Assembly: GCA_010093605.1 (NCBI GenBank)
Contig: MU004188.1
Coordinates: 127,673 to 191,672, forward strand
Length of the DNA stretch: 64,000 bases
From: Lophium mytilinum
Lineage: Eukaryota
Reading direction: 5' to 3'
Position 1 is the first letter of the stretch. Each line of letters begins with the position of its first letter. The position numbers and the translations under genes were made by a program. The notes below the pieces were generated by a model. It did not search any database and had not been told where the DNA came from. It saw only the letters and a list, made by a program, of their open reading frames with translations. Shown one piece after another: positions 1-12,202 of this stretch.

Positions 1-802
1 GACGTCTGCGCCGGCATCATGGCGACTACAAGGGGGAGCGAGGCAGTAGAAAGGAGGCGGAATGGGTTGAAGCTTGGGTCAGAGGTTGATTGAAGGTTGG
101 AGGTTGAAGTCCCGAGAGGCTGAGAACATCTAGGTACCCCAGAAAGCGTGCCGCGAACGTGGAGCCCCCGGACGGACCACGAGGCGGGGAAACGCAGCCA
201 AGTCATGCATCGTGCCTTCCATCAACCAGTCATTGGCCCTTGCGCGTGTAGAGGCATCGCGCTAGATTCGAAAGGGTGTAAGTGGCTGCTCACACCTCGG
301 TGGATGCCATGCCGCATCGGCCTTCGCCGAGCAAGTGTGTGCACGTTACATGCTATAGGCAATAAAGAGAGTCTGATATTTGTATAAATGATGGCCTCAG
401 ACATTTTTGAGGTTAAAGAATCTTGGAGTCAGTTGATGTATATTCTATAATGGAACGGTTCCGTACAGCTGATCTTGAAGCTTGTTGAGACGGTCACGTG
501 TCGAGACATTGTCCCTAACCAGGTTCACTCTCAGTCCCTTATCTAATATACTCTATAGACCCCACATTTGCTCACTTGTCACTGCAGGCCGAATCATTAC
601 CTGGACATCATCGAAAGATAGATTTAGTCTATAACAATTACAATCCAATATTCTAACCCAACCATCTGTGAAGCTGTATATCCTAATCCCGTACCCAATA
701 TCCTACATTACATCTCCAACACCATAACTCCCCGCTCCCATTTCAACAAAAGAAAAACCACACATGAAGATGATGTAATGCACTCCAAACCGAAGCGACC
801 GC

Positions 803-3800
803 TCACGGCTTACTCAACTGCTCCTTGCGGAACCACACAAAGAAACCCACACAAACACACCCCTGCGCCAGCAACGCGACCCAAAACCACGGCTTATCCA
901 AGCCTTGCACCAACCCCGCCGAGAAATCCGGAAACACGTCCCCGGGCCCAACCTTATCTGGCGCCGTCGCTCGGGCGAGGATAGTCGCCACGGACCCGAG
1001 AACCTGCGCCGCGATGAGCGTGAACGCGACGTGGATGCGCGTCATCGTTTGCAGCAAAATCATGCCAAGCCCAACGCCCTGCACCGTATCGAGCAAGCCA
1101 AGCCATAGCCATAGGGAGCGGCCGAGTAAGGCGCTGGCGATGGGCGATCCGGCCCAGGGGAGGTAGAGCCCTATTCCCGAGACGCCCCAGAGCATTTGGC
1201 ACCACCTGGGTGCACCCAGGCCAATGGCGAAAATGGGAAGGATCCAGGTGTGGGAGATAGAAAGGCGGGAGAAGATCCAGAGTAGTGCAGCCCAGAGAAG
1301 GCCGAAAAAGAAAAGGATGAGGAGGATGATAGACCAGGCGGGCGCGTGGCGTGAAGCGAATAGATAAGACCAATTACGGCCATACGGTGCGGAGAGAAAG
1401 TAGTTTTGCACAACGATGGCGACAAAGAACCAGAGGATGATGTTACGGCGGCCCAAAGATTTGTAGAAGGAGGGAACGGCGCCCGGCCCCTGGCGGTAGA
1501 AGTCTGGGAGGCCGAGGAAAAGAACCAAGCCGATGGCCCAGAGGAGAATAGCGATGGGGATGGTGATGGCGGTGATGCGCCAGGTGGAGGTGAGGGCGGT
1601 ATTGGTGGTGAGGATGCCGGAGGCGGTGGATTGGGTGAGGCGACTGCCCCAGAACCAGAGCCCGACAACGTAGATTTGTTGCGTGCCTTGGATGACACAG
1701 GCACGGTAAACCCAGTCTTTGACGGGGCTACCGCCTTCGTCGCCGAAGTTGAGCGCGAAATAGAGAGAACCGCTTGAAGAGGCGGTGGCGTAGCAGCCTG
1801 TAGCTATGTTTTGTAACCAGCCGGTGCCGGCGACCGAATGGGCGAAAGGAGCGACGCCAAGGAAGAGAAATGCTAGGCCGTAGAATATGAAAGGCAGAGA
1901 GAGAACGTAGATGGATTTGAGAGTGCGGAACACCATCCACCACATTATAGATGTGACCAGGTAAATTGTTGCCACGATGTAGAGCTTTTCGGCAGATTGG
2001 CCGACTGTTCCCGTGAGCAGATTGATCTGATACGAGTTCGCGGCGATGATCTGAGCAAAAGCTAATAGGAAAGCGTAGATGGGCCAGTCTCCAAGCTTGA
2101 TCGAGAGATATCTGAAACGTGTCAGCATAAAATACTAGAAATAATTCTGCGATTTGAGACGTACCTTTTGAGACCGGTCGGTGGTTGATAGTTTTTCCCA
2201 AGCAGAAATTCGTCGCAGAAAGGATCATCGCTCATTGCACTAGGCGTGGGCGGTACCGTGCTCACTGGAGTTTGCGGCGCTGAGCTATCTGGTAGGCTCA
2301 GGCTGCTCCCGAAATGTGCAGAGACTGGACGGGCATACACAGTAGATCCCCGTAACTTGGCTTCCCGAAACCTTCCAAACCAGCGCTTTTCGGATTTTAC
2401 TAGGAAATCCTCGATACACAGCTCACTCTCGGAATTCTTGCCATTTAGCTTATCGAGACGCGAGGAGAAAGCATTATAAAACTCTCCGGTAGAGTCTGTG
2501 AAGAATGGATCGACTTTTTGAAGCTTAAAGTCATTTCGTTCGCCAACGACAGAATCCACACTAAGGGGCGATGCGGAAGAAGTAGGGCGAGATGAATGAC
2601 TTGGCGGCGGGGGACGCAGGAAATCTTCTGGGCCCAGTGATGTAGGTGTGCTAGGCGCGGCTGACAATGGAGATGGAAGAGAGCTTCGAGGTGCACGCTT
2701 TCTGGATGCTGGCACTGATTTGCTATGTGTGGCTTTGAGTGTGCGAATTTGGTCCAACTCCTCGTTCTCGAGGAGATACTCGTCACCTATTCGGCGTATC
2801 TCATCATCAGTCTCGCAATCCGAATTGTAAGGTGAGGCATGGACTGGAAGCTTTGACTTGGGTCGTCGCTTTTGCAACTTTTTGTTTCCATGCCCAGGAC
2901 CAGATTTGACCCCGAGAGATAGTTTATGTTGCCTTGGCAGGCTATTTGTGCCTGTCTGTCCCTCGCGAACAGCCTCGAGGATTCGGGCGAATGACACTGG
3001 ACCTTCAAGCGAGACTGTGGATCCTAAGTTATGCGTAAAAGGCGGTAGGGGCGGTGTAACGGCGCCACCAGCGGAGCGAGGCCGGCCTCGTGTAGGAGAA
3101 GACGGCCGAGAAGATCCCCGGGAAGAAGATGGACGGGATCTTGCCTTTGCTGCCTCGCGCTCATGCATCTTGATCGAAGTCGACTGCAAAATCTCTAGAT
3201 CTTCCTTCCATTGCTCGACAGGAAATCGTTGTATTGCAGATCTTGCGCGCATCATGGCTCGGGCGTCAGCCTTTGATGCCAGTGCGGCATCAAGGGCCAT
3301 TCGAAATTGCTGGAGCAGATGTGAGGCGCTGGTACTTTCGACGGTGTACCACCACCCGGGCATATTTCCCAGTCCTCCCACTCGTGCCCCGACTCCTAAA
3401 GCCCCCTTTCTGCCGAACTCGACGGCTACTAGTCCGAATGGTTCGTCTCGCGAAGGGATGAGGGCAAATTCTGCACCGCTAAAGATGTATGGCGGAAGAG
3501 CTGTGAACTCAGGCTTGGAATAAACGCGCCCAGGGTAGAGCTCCATCATCTTCCCCAACTTCAATGCCGCAAATTTACCGTATAGATCAATGACCGGGCC
3601 GATGCAGATCAACTGCACATTCGGGTTTTCTTCGAGGACCTTAGGGAACGTGTCGGCGATGAGATCGACACCTTTCTGCAGCGACCAGCGGCCGACGAAC
3701 ACGAAGAGCTCTGCGTCTGGGTTCTGATCGAGGCTTGCCCACTCTTGCGCTTGTCGTTTCAGCTCAGCCCTGCCGTTTTCAAATTCCGCATCAATGTGAA

Positions 3801-6800
3801 TGTCTTCTTCTTTAGGCAATTTCTTGTCCCATGCAGATAGATCGCTGGGGTCTGGGTTCGCGAGAGCACCTATTTTGGAAAGGCCCCAGAAGATGGGATA
3901 TCGAGCGAACGCTCTCGCGCCATACTTCTTGGACACGCCAACTGCTCCAAAGCCCTTTTGGTGGAGGCGAAGATAGCTTGCTCCGGCATGGAGCAGGTTA
4001 AATACCGATCCAAATTGAATATACTCGGATACCACGTCATAATCCAAGTCGAATACTTCACACACTTCCTGGGTTTCCATTGGGGTTCTCATTGGCCAAA
4101 GTCCCTGGAACTCCGCGTTGTGAAGAGATAGACAGCATGGGATGGTCCTTGGCAAGAGATACAGCGGAGCTGCTGCTCCATGGTAATCGTTTATGTGATA
4201 GAGATCCACGGGAAAGCGTTCGATAGTCTTTGCGATACACGAGTTCCACGCGGCGTAGTATATCGCGCTGTCGAGGTCGTCCATTCTAGCAGGATAGGGC
4301 TCGGCCTTACTCTGCTTCCTGAACAGGGGAGAGTCCAGAAGGACGTATGTGATGTTTTTGAGGGTGTGGTACTGAACTTGAACTTCGTAGATGTTGCCTA
4401 GAATTCGGACAATCATGGGCTCTGCGGGTCGATCCGTGGGGTAATCGACGCCACCCACACAGGGAACTACCCAGATCAGATCTTGATGTTCAAGGTTCTT
4501 TCCCATCAATTGTGCCATCACTCCCAGACCTCCTATTTTTATCTTAATGGCCCAGTCTTCGATATCATACTCCATGGTGGCAATCAAGACGCAGCGTCTG
4601 CTAGGGGGCTTGGCTGGAGTCAGAATGCCTGACGGTGACGACGGAGATCCAAATGATATAGACAGAGGTCCAGGTGTGACCGGGGATCCAGGAGATCTAG
4701 GAGAAGAAATTCCCGAAAGCCCAAGACTGGACGGCTTGCGTTTGGCAAGCCGCCGAGCCGGAAACGTATTGACGGTCTCACTAGATTGCATCTTTTCGTG
4801 GGTCCATCTCAACGCGGACGGGACGAAGGATGTCTTCTCGGAAGCACCAAATTCGTTGAACTTGACTCCATAGAACGACTGCATATATAGCCAGACGCCG
4901 AATATAGCCGTCAAGACCGGGACAATCCAAAGAAGGACGAAAAGAGTTAGCTGATACCATCTGTTCCCCACAGGTACACGATCGAACCTCAAAGTACCAT
5001 CGTCCAGGGAAAACGTGTACGCCAAATACGGAGACGGCGGCGAGGCGGTGAAATTGACAACAACCTCAGCCAAAGTGTTGGGTGGCATTCTGTCGAGCAC
5101 ACCATCGCCGTCTACATCCCCAAGGACAAAAGAAGCATCAGGCTGACCATTCGGATCGAGGCCCCACTCGTTGACTTGGAAATGATCGGGCCATTCTGAC
5201 ATGAAGTGGAATTGCCATCGGCCGTCATTCCCAAGCTTCATCTTGTTTTTCAGTCCAGAGTCGAAGCCAAACTGATTGAACCTCCCGTGCGCGAAAAGAT
5301 GAGGAAAGCGACGCGGCGGGTCATTCTCACGGTGGAGATCTGCGTGTTGAATGACGGCACTACTGCCTAGAAGCTTACTCCAGTATTGGGCAACGATGTG
5401 CTGGTCGCTCCACTCTTGCTCCTTCGTTCCAGTCCAGTTTGGTTTGACGAGGCTGTCGTTGCCGCCACTATATGGCATCCAATCGCTCCACGTAGACTCC
5501 CAATCTAATGAGTATCGCCACAAGTCTGCCCCGGCGGCTTTGTGTGAGATGTAGAGAGTCTTGTTCTCTGATTCGTGGAGAAGATCTCTAGTGTAGTTCG
5601 CGACGCGGGGAAAGATCACGGGATTGTCCCACTGCCCGATTCGCAGCAGGAATCGATCAACGGAGCCGGTCGAGACTTGCTCTTTCGAGCGCGGTTTGTC
5701 CATGGTAACTTGATGGATGCCATCCGACACGTTGCTAAGCGTGCCTCTCCAGGTCCAAAGTGTGGGAATGCCGCCAATGAAGGCAGATGTATTCTTCGCA
5801 GGGACCACTACACAATTAACGCTCTCCTTGACAAGCACTGGGATGGAATTGTCTTCGGTTGTAGAAGTGATGTGTAGCGAAGCCGTCACTTCATTGCAGT
5901 CCATTTCCTGGTTGAAATCGAACTCAATTTCTAGTGACTGCTGCGTGCCGGGGCCGTTGGTGGATGGGAGCCGGTAATCGTGGCCTGGAAAGAACTGTGT
6001 AATCATCGGGGGGGCTTCCAGATGCTGGCTCTTGGGTACATATGCCTTGAACTCGTATGCTTTCATCTCCAGTTGGCTGACACAACCACTAGAGTTCTGT
6101 GCTCCATCTTGCTTGACTGCTGAATCGCCTAAGACCAACTCATCGTAGGGATAGAAAAGATTCTTGACTGTGGTTCCGGCACTAAAGGCCGACACTAGAG
6201 CCTTTTCTTGGCTGGCGCAATCGAATTTGTAGTTGACGGTTGTGTTGTCATTGTGATATACGAACCAAATGGATTGATTTCCCTTTCCGCTGCCTGAAAG
6301 ATCTTGAAAATCGGACATGGGAGCTCGAAGTACGCTCCAAAGGCCTGTCTCTGTTGCGACTCCATCACTTCCAGGCAGGAAAAGATCTTTTGTTTGGTTC
6401 GAAAGAGCTTGAAGGAGGTATCCTACTATCAGTCAGTACCATACAACGATACGAGGAAGCGATCTGACCCTACCATCATTCAACACAGGGTAATTTTCTC
6501 TCATTGAGTACATCGACTTGATGATGTTGCGCACGGGATGTGCTGGATCCCGATGGTCCCAGCTGACTCGCTCGTCTTCACATCCACGGAGAGCGGAATC
6601 CAGAGGCATCTGATAATATTGCACAGAGCCGAGCTTGTAACATCCATGCGTCTGCCAAGCTGCGCTGGAGCTGATGGGCTGTCTTCCAAAGATGTAATTG
6701 TCAGCAGTGTTATCAAGAACGTAAAAGGCTTGCTCCTCGCCCCACGTGAGAAGAGGTATGCCAGGCATGTGTAGAACAGCAATGAACATTCCTAAATTTA

Positions 6801-8309
6801 AATTAATATATTAATAAGATCTTTAGTAACTGCGGAGTGAATTTACCTAAAATCATTCTGGCGGTCCCGTCTCGAATGGACGGCCATCTGAAAACATCCT
6901 GGTTGGTAACTCCAAACATGTGCCTCGGATCAAAGACTCCCGTATTTGGATTAACCAGATCATTGGACAGCATCATGGTGTCCCAGGATTCGACCCAGTT
7001 GAGGGGGGCATCATATCCAGCAGCGAGATTGCCATCCATCCCGAGAAATCTGGTGAGACTGCGGTACGTAGTGTAGTGGAAAGTCGCGGCATCGAGGGCA
7101 TTTTTCCCGACATCGCGGATGAAGTTGCTCGCATCGGATTCGTTGGTCATGGATACGGCCTCATCCAACGTCTTCGAATATTGCTCCGGCTGCTTTCCCC
7201 GGCCTAAATAGATAGAACCAAACGTGTTGCCGCCAGTAATCTCACCCGGGATGAAGAAGTTCTTCTTCCCCAGGCGCTGTGCGCATTGCCGTAGGTGATC
7301 GGCAAAGTCCCCTTGGGCATCGACGGTGACTTGCGTTGCTTTGTCCATGCGAAAGCCGTCAATGTCGAGCATGTTGATAGCGATACATGAGAAGTGCTGG
7401 ATCTTTTCGCGTACGGACGGTTGCCACTCGCGGAGTCTGTCCTGGACTGAGGCGAACTTCGAAAGCTGTCGCTGCCAATCTGGGAAAACCCCGAAGGCCT
7501 CTGTGTCACCATATTGATCAAACTCGCTGTCATAACAACCGACCATATCCTTTGTGACATCCTGACCAACACGCTCTCCGGTTTCGAGCCAGAATCTAGG
7601 ATAGTTGCAGGTCTTGTTGTACTGGTTTCCAAAAGAGAAGTCATGGTAGACTCGATCAGATTTGTAAACGACCTTATGCTCCTGGAGGGTGAACGGTGTA
7701 GATTCGTTGAGGTAGCCGTCAAAGCCGATGAGATCGCTCATGGTCGCCATTGTATTGTCCATCAACACGTACATATCTCGTCGATGGATCTCGTCTATCA
7801 CCGTGCGCCAATCTTCAATGGTTCCGAAGTGGGGGTCTAGGATGGTCAGGTCCACGGGCTACGAGATCGTTAGTCCGTGTGTATAATCGCCGGGAATGTA
7901 CAGTACTTACCGAATAGGAATCTGCTTGCCAAGGCAAATTGATGAAGGGAGATCCAGCAATGTACAACCCTTTGATGCCCATGCCTTGAATGTAGTCGAG
8001 TGAGTCCAGTACTCCGAGTATGTCGCCGCCATGGCGCAGCTGCGTAGACGTTACATCTTGCTCGAATACGGTTCCGTTGATATTGTTGTTGCGGGGGTCT
8101 CCATCCGTTAACCTATCGAGGAAAAAAGCGTAGAAAGGGAATCGCCAGTTGTCTGGGGACGGGTTGAAGGTGTGGTTCTCCCATTGCCCCCAGTAGTCTA
8201 GAGGATTGATGGCATCTTGGTTCTGGTTGAGGTTGTAATTAACAAACTCGGGGTCGTATCGTAGACTAGCGGCCTTGACCACGAGGAAGGCGAAAAGAAT
8301 AAATATCAT
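803..8309 (-). CDS. ags: Alpha-1,3-glucan synthase (signal peptide, GH13 amylase-like ectodomain, TM, GT5 glycogen-synthase-like domain, C-terminal multi-TM domain); 5 exons
   Basis: Exons 8309-7911, 7858-6847, 6791-6474, 6422-2165, 2111-803 join in frame across GT..AG introns. Motifs: N-terminal hydrophobic signal, DIDGFRMDKA, HMPGIPLLTWGEEQ, MEYDIEDWAIKIKIGGLG, FVGRWSLQKG, PSRDEPFGLVAVE, C-terminus FRKEQLSKP. Confidence 0.96.
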
Positions 8310-11258
8310 ATCGTCATGAAAGGTGATGAAGGAATGTCAAGAAGGGAAAGTAGAGAGTCGAGCATAGGGAGGGAAACCGTCACTCTCTAGCAAGTGGAAC
8401 GACTCAAGGTTTTTGTGCAAGCTCTCAGCACGGCATAGTGACGAGCTGCAGGTGGCGTTTCATGGAACCGCCATGTTGTCCAAATGCGTTCCGGGAGCCC
8501 GTCCGTGCGTGGGTTCAAGATTCTGGAGACTAACCTGTAGAGCTGTAGGTGCTTTTGAGTCAGGAAGAGCGATAGTGGCCCAGATGCATAACTTCAAAGG
8601 AGCCTTTTCGGCGCCAGGCTCAGGGGGCGATAAGGTGCCTTGGTACATAAAACGCCACATTCAACGGCAGCATTCGCTAAGCAGCTACGCGAAAGACAGA
8701 AAACGCAGACGACTGGGAAACTTCATCATGTATGCGTAGTCAAGTCTAAGAGAAGATAGAGATCAACAACAGAAGTCTTGGTAATTGCAAAGCGGTAGAG
8801 TTATGCACCGTTGATACCTACACCAAGGTTGCGGGCAGTCGGCGCGGATGCCTCGTGGCCTCACTGTGGTAGAGAGACCCGCCTGACACTGGTAAACCCA
8901 CCTGAGACCTCGTGGCTTTTCCAAGTGCCGTATGCAGCTTATGGCACCGTCTATGTTGGGGCGGACGCGGCAGAGCGTTGACTGTGGCTTGCATGGTGGA
9001 ATTAACGCTGCCGTGCTGAAAAAGAAAAGGCCCAGGCAGTCTGATAGGTCGGGGAAAGGCTCCGACCGAGTCGAAAGGGGCGTGAAGCAATGATGGCTGA
9101 GGCACAAGCCATGCCGGCAGGGCCTGGGCGGTAAGAAACACTGTGCAGGCCTAGAGCTAAATAAAGCTCGGGGCAAGTCCGCCCATACGCTGCTGCATCT
9201 AAGGTTAAGATAGCGTGCCAAGGAGGGCGTGGGTGATCTTCAATCGCACCGGGAGGGCGGGTGTCCGTGGGCCCGCGACCAGTCTAGTGGCTTCCCGTCC
9301 TTTGGCGTCTTTTGGAACGCCATTCACATGCAAGGGCTAAGCTTTAGCCTTCGCTGGCGCACACCACCTACGGAGGGGGTCGGAGACCAATCCGCTAATT
9401 TTCTCATCAACGCCACAAAATTCCCTGGCGTGCAGACAACAATCTGCTGGGAGCCCCTATCCTGGAATGGCGCCAGATAAGGCCTGAAATAGAACAAGGA
9501 ATGCCGTTTGCGGACGCGTCCTCGCGGGTAAACAATGACGTCCTGCGACATGAATAGGCCTGTCAGTAATTGCAACCACCTGGGCATAAAGCAAGAATTA
9601 ATCCTGGAGCCTCGTTCTGGGCCTTTGCGCGGATGGTGCTCGGAGGGTGCTCGGATGAGCCTCGACAGTTTGCCGGTAGATTTTGTTATGACGGTACAAA
9701 AGGCCGCCAGTGCTGCCTCAACCAAATTTTTGTCCTGCAACATCCCCATAAAAACTGCCGGCGGCCCATAAGCTCAACCCTTTGGCCTCGTGGCTGTGGG
9801 TCCCCAAACTTACCCCTCAGCGGCTTCAGTTGAACGTGAACTCGCCACGCTGTGAAGGTTTCCAATGCCTGTCCTGGACGGCGTCAGTGAATTGTAGAGA
9901 TTCATCCTGTAGCCATCCCGAGAGAGTCGCGGCAGGAGCCGGCATTCCACACCAGACCTTACAACAGAATGACGCTTGAGTGTGGAGTCGAAATTCCTGG
10001 CGACCGAAAAATGTTCAAACGGCACTTCGCAGCCCTGCGAATCGTGGCGGCGCACGCCTAGCCGCTCGTCCCCATGAGCGCTTCGTTTCAGCTCACGTAG
10101 GCCGTATCGCGGAAACAGAAACCTTAACCGCACGCGCACGCCGACCGCGAGCATCATGCTGGGCGGAACGTCGTTTGCGAAGGGTCACAAACTAACTGAC
10201 TCCATCACATCCATCTTTGATCTCCGTTGTCGCTCAAACACCCAGCTCTTTTAATGCCTTTCTCAGTGCGCCTCTGCGATCACCCGCGTTTCGCCTTCTG
10301 CATCGTGCAAAATCTATGTCCAACCCAACCTAGTATCACCCTCAACTGCCTCTGTAGCGGACCCGCAACCCTTCATCGCTCGATCAAGTCTCGTTGGGCC
10401 TCTCGTGCAGTCCGGCGGTAAAGCTTCGGCGGATAGGCGGTATGAACGGGAGAATTGTCGGTGCTCGGTCGAGGGGGAAGGGCCGCGCGGATGCTACGCA
10501 ATTCTGATAGGCACGAAGGCGGACAGGTATGCACGATGGCGGCCAACACTCGTTGCTGTTCGCGGAATGCTAAAGGTGGGTGAGGAGTGGAGGTTGTCGC
10601 GATGCAACGAGGAGGTTGAGATTGACGCGTGCCCAGGCGGGAGGCTGCGCTTGAGGCTGTGCGCCACGCGAAAGGAAGCAGCTGAAATCTCGACCTTCCA
10701 ATCCTGGGGGTAACCTCCACCACGTTACCGCCACCCGTTAAACTCTCCGCGCAAAGTAAGGCTTATGAAAGCATCGTGGTCATTGCAACTGAGAGGGTCC
10801 GATCCGTCCGTGTTGATGAATTTTGATAAGACAGTAAGACAGGTGGGCAGGATCTCTTCATATAGTAGTAAAGGTAGTTGACCTCGGCCAAGTTTGCTAG
10901 GGAGGAAACCTCATTTCATTTCTCATATATTCATCAAGCCATTTCTGTATTTCAAATCTCGAAACTGGGTTTTTCTCAACTGCTCCCTTCAAGATGTCCT
11001 AGTGCAGTCACGAGCTGAAGATAGTGCAACGCCTTGCCACTCAGTAGGGGTCAATGTAGAGCGCATAGTAATAGCCTTCCGGGACCGAGCTACGTATTGA
11101 AATCTCTATACCAGTATCGCCTCCCTTGACTCCATGTCCAACCCCCCAATCGCCGTATGTGAGCCCAGACAACTCAAAAAGACAGACGATCCCCACTCCA
11201 ACATTCTCACACTTTCCCCTTTCTTTGCTCACTCCTCCTCTCCACCCACTCACCCTCC

Positions 11259-11785
11259 CTAAACGTCCGGAATTCGAAGCAATCCCTTCTCCGCAAACGC
11301 CTCAAGATGCGCCACCACCTCCCACCCCCGCTTCGCATTCTTATGACAGATCGCGCGCCGAACCTCGCGCAAGCCCACAATGAAGATAGCGTTCCGATGC
11401 ATCATGTCCTTCATCGGCTCGTCCTTGCAAACATACAGGTGGACAATATCGCCATACCACTGATGTAGGCGCAGGAGCTTCGGATCCCACGGCGCATGAG
11501 GCGAGTACGGGATGTAGGGCGGCTCCCAGGTATACACGCGGTTCGGGATCGATGGGGCGGGGCCGTTGGGGAACATGGTCTCCATGCAGGCATCGTAATG
11601 GGAGGTGACAGCGCAGGCTCCGGAGTGCAGGAAGATTTTGGCTGGGTAAGGGTTGGACACATCGGGCTCGATTGGGGGATTGCTGACGAGATCAGTGTTT
11701 CGTTCAAGATGGAGGTAAAGGCTTATGCGCATACGTACTTTGCGATAGCGGTTGGCTTGCCGAATTCGATTGGTGGGCGGGGCAT
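11259..11785 (-). CDS. Hypothetical Pro-rich protein, 2 exons
   Basis: ATG at 11785 (gccATG); exon 1 11785-11739; intron 11738-11683 (GTACGT..CTGAT..CAG) joins in frame to ORF 11259-11837 (MPRPPIEFGKPTAIAN|NPPIEPDV...). No recognisable domain. Confidence 0.5.
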
Positions 11786-12202
11786 GGCTGCGATAGTGAC
11801 GGTGGGTATGATTTGGTTGCGTGCACGAAAGAAGCACTAGCAGTGCCGAGTCTGCGAACGAGCGGTCAATAATCTTGCATTGGCTCTAATGGGACGTAGC
11901 AAGGAGTATCAGGGTTTTATAGGCCCTACAGGACAGGCTATAGGTGATCATCATACCTTGAAGAGAGATTCCCGTCCCACGGATAGATGGTGGAGTATGA
12001 GATGTGGATAGAAATTGGAGCCTGGTCACTCAACGGAAGTGGGAAAATACAGGTCTGGTAAAAGGTGAATTAAGTGAGCTTAAGGGCTATCTCGTGAATA
12101 AAAAGCAAGCCTGTGATGTGATTCTCCTGTGATACGCGGCTACTCAACTCCAAATACAGCAAAAAGGGGCGCGTGACGCACCAAGAGCAGCCTTCAACTT
12201 TC

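Noticed and set aside
1..20. gccATGATG on the minus strand at position 20, a possible gene start running off the window
   Set aside because: Only about 6 codons are visible, which cannot support a call.
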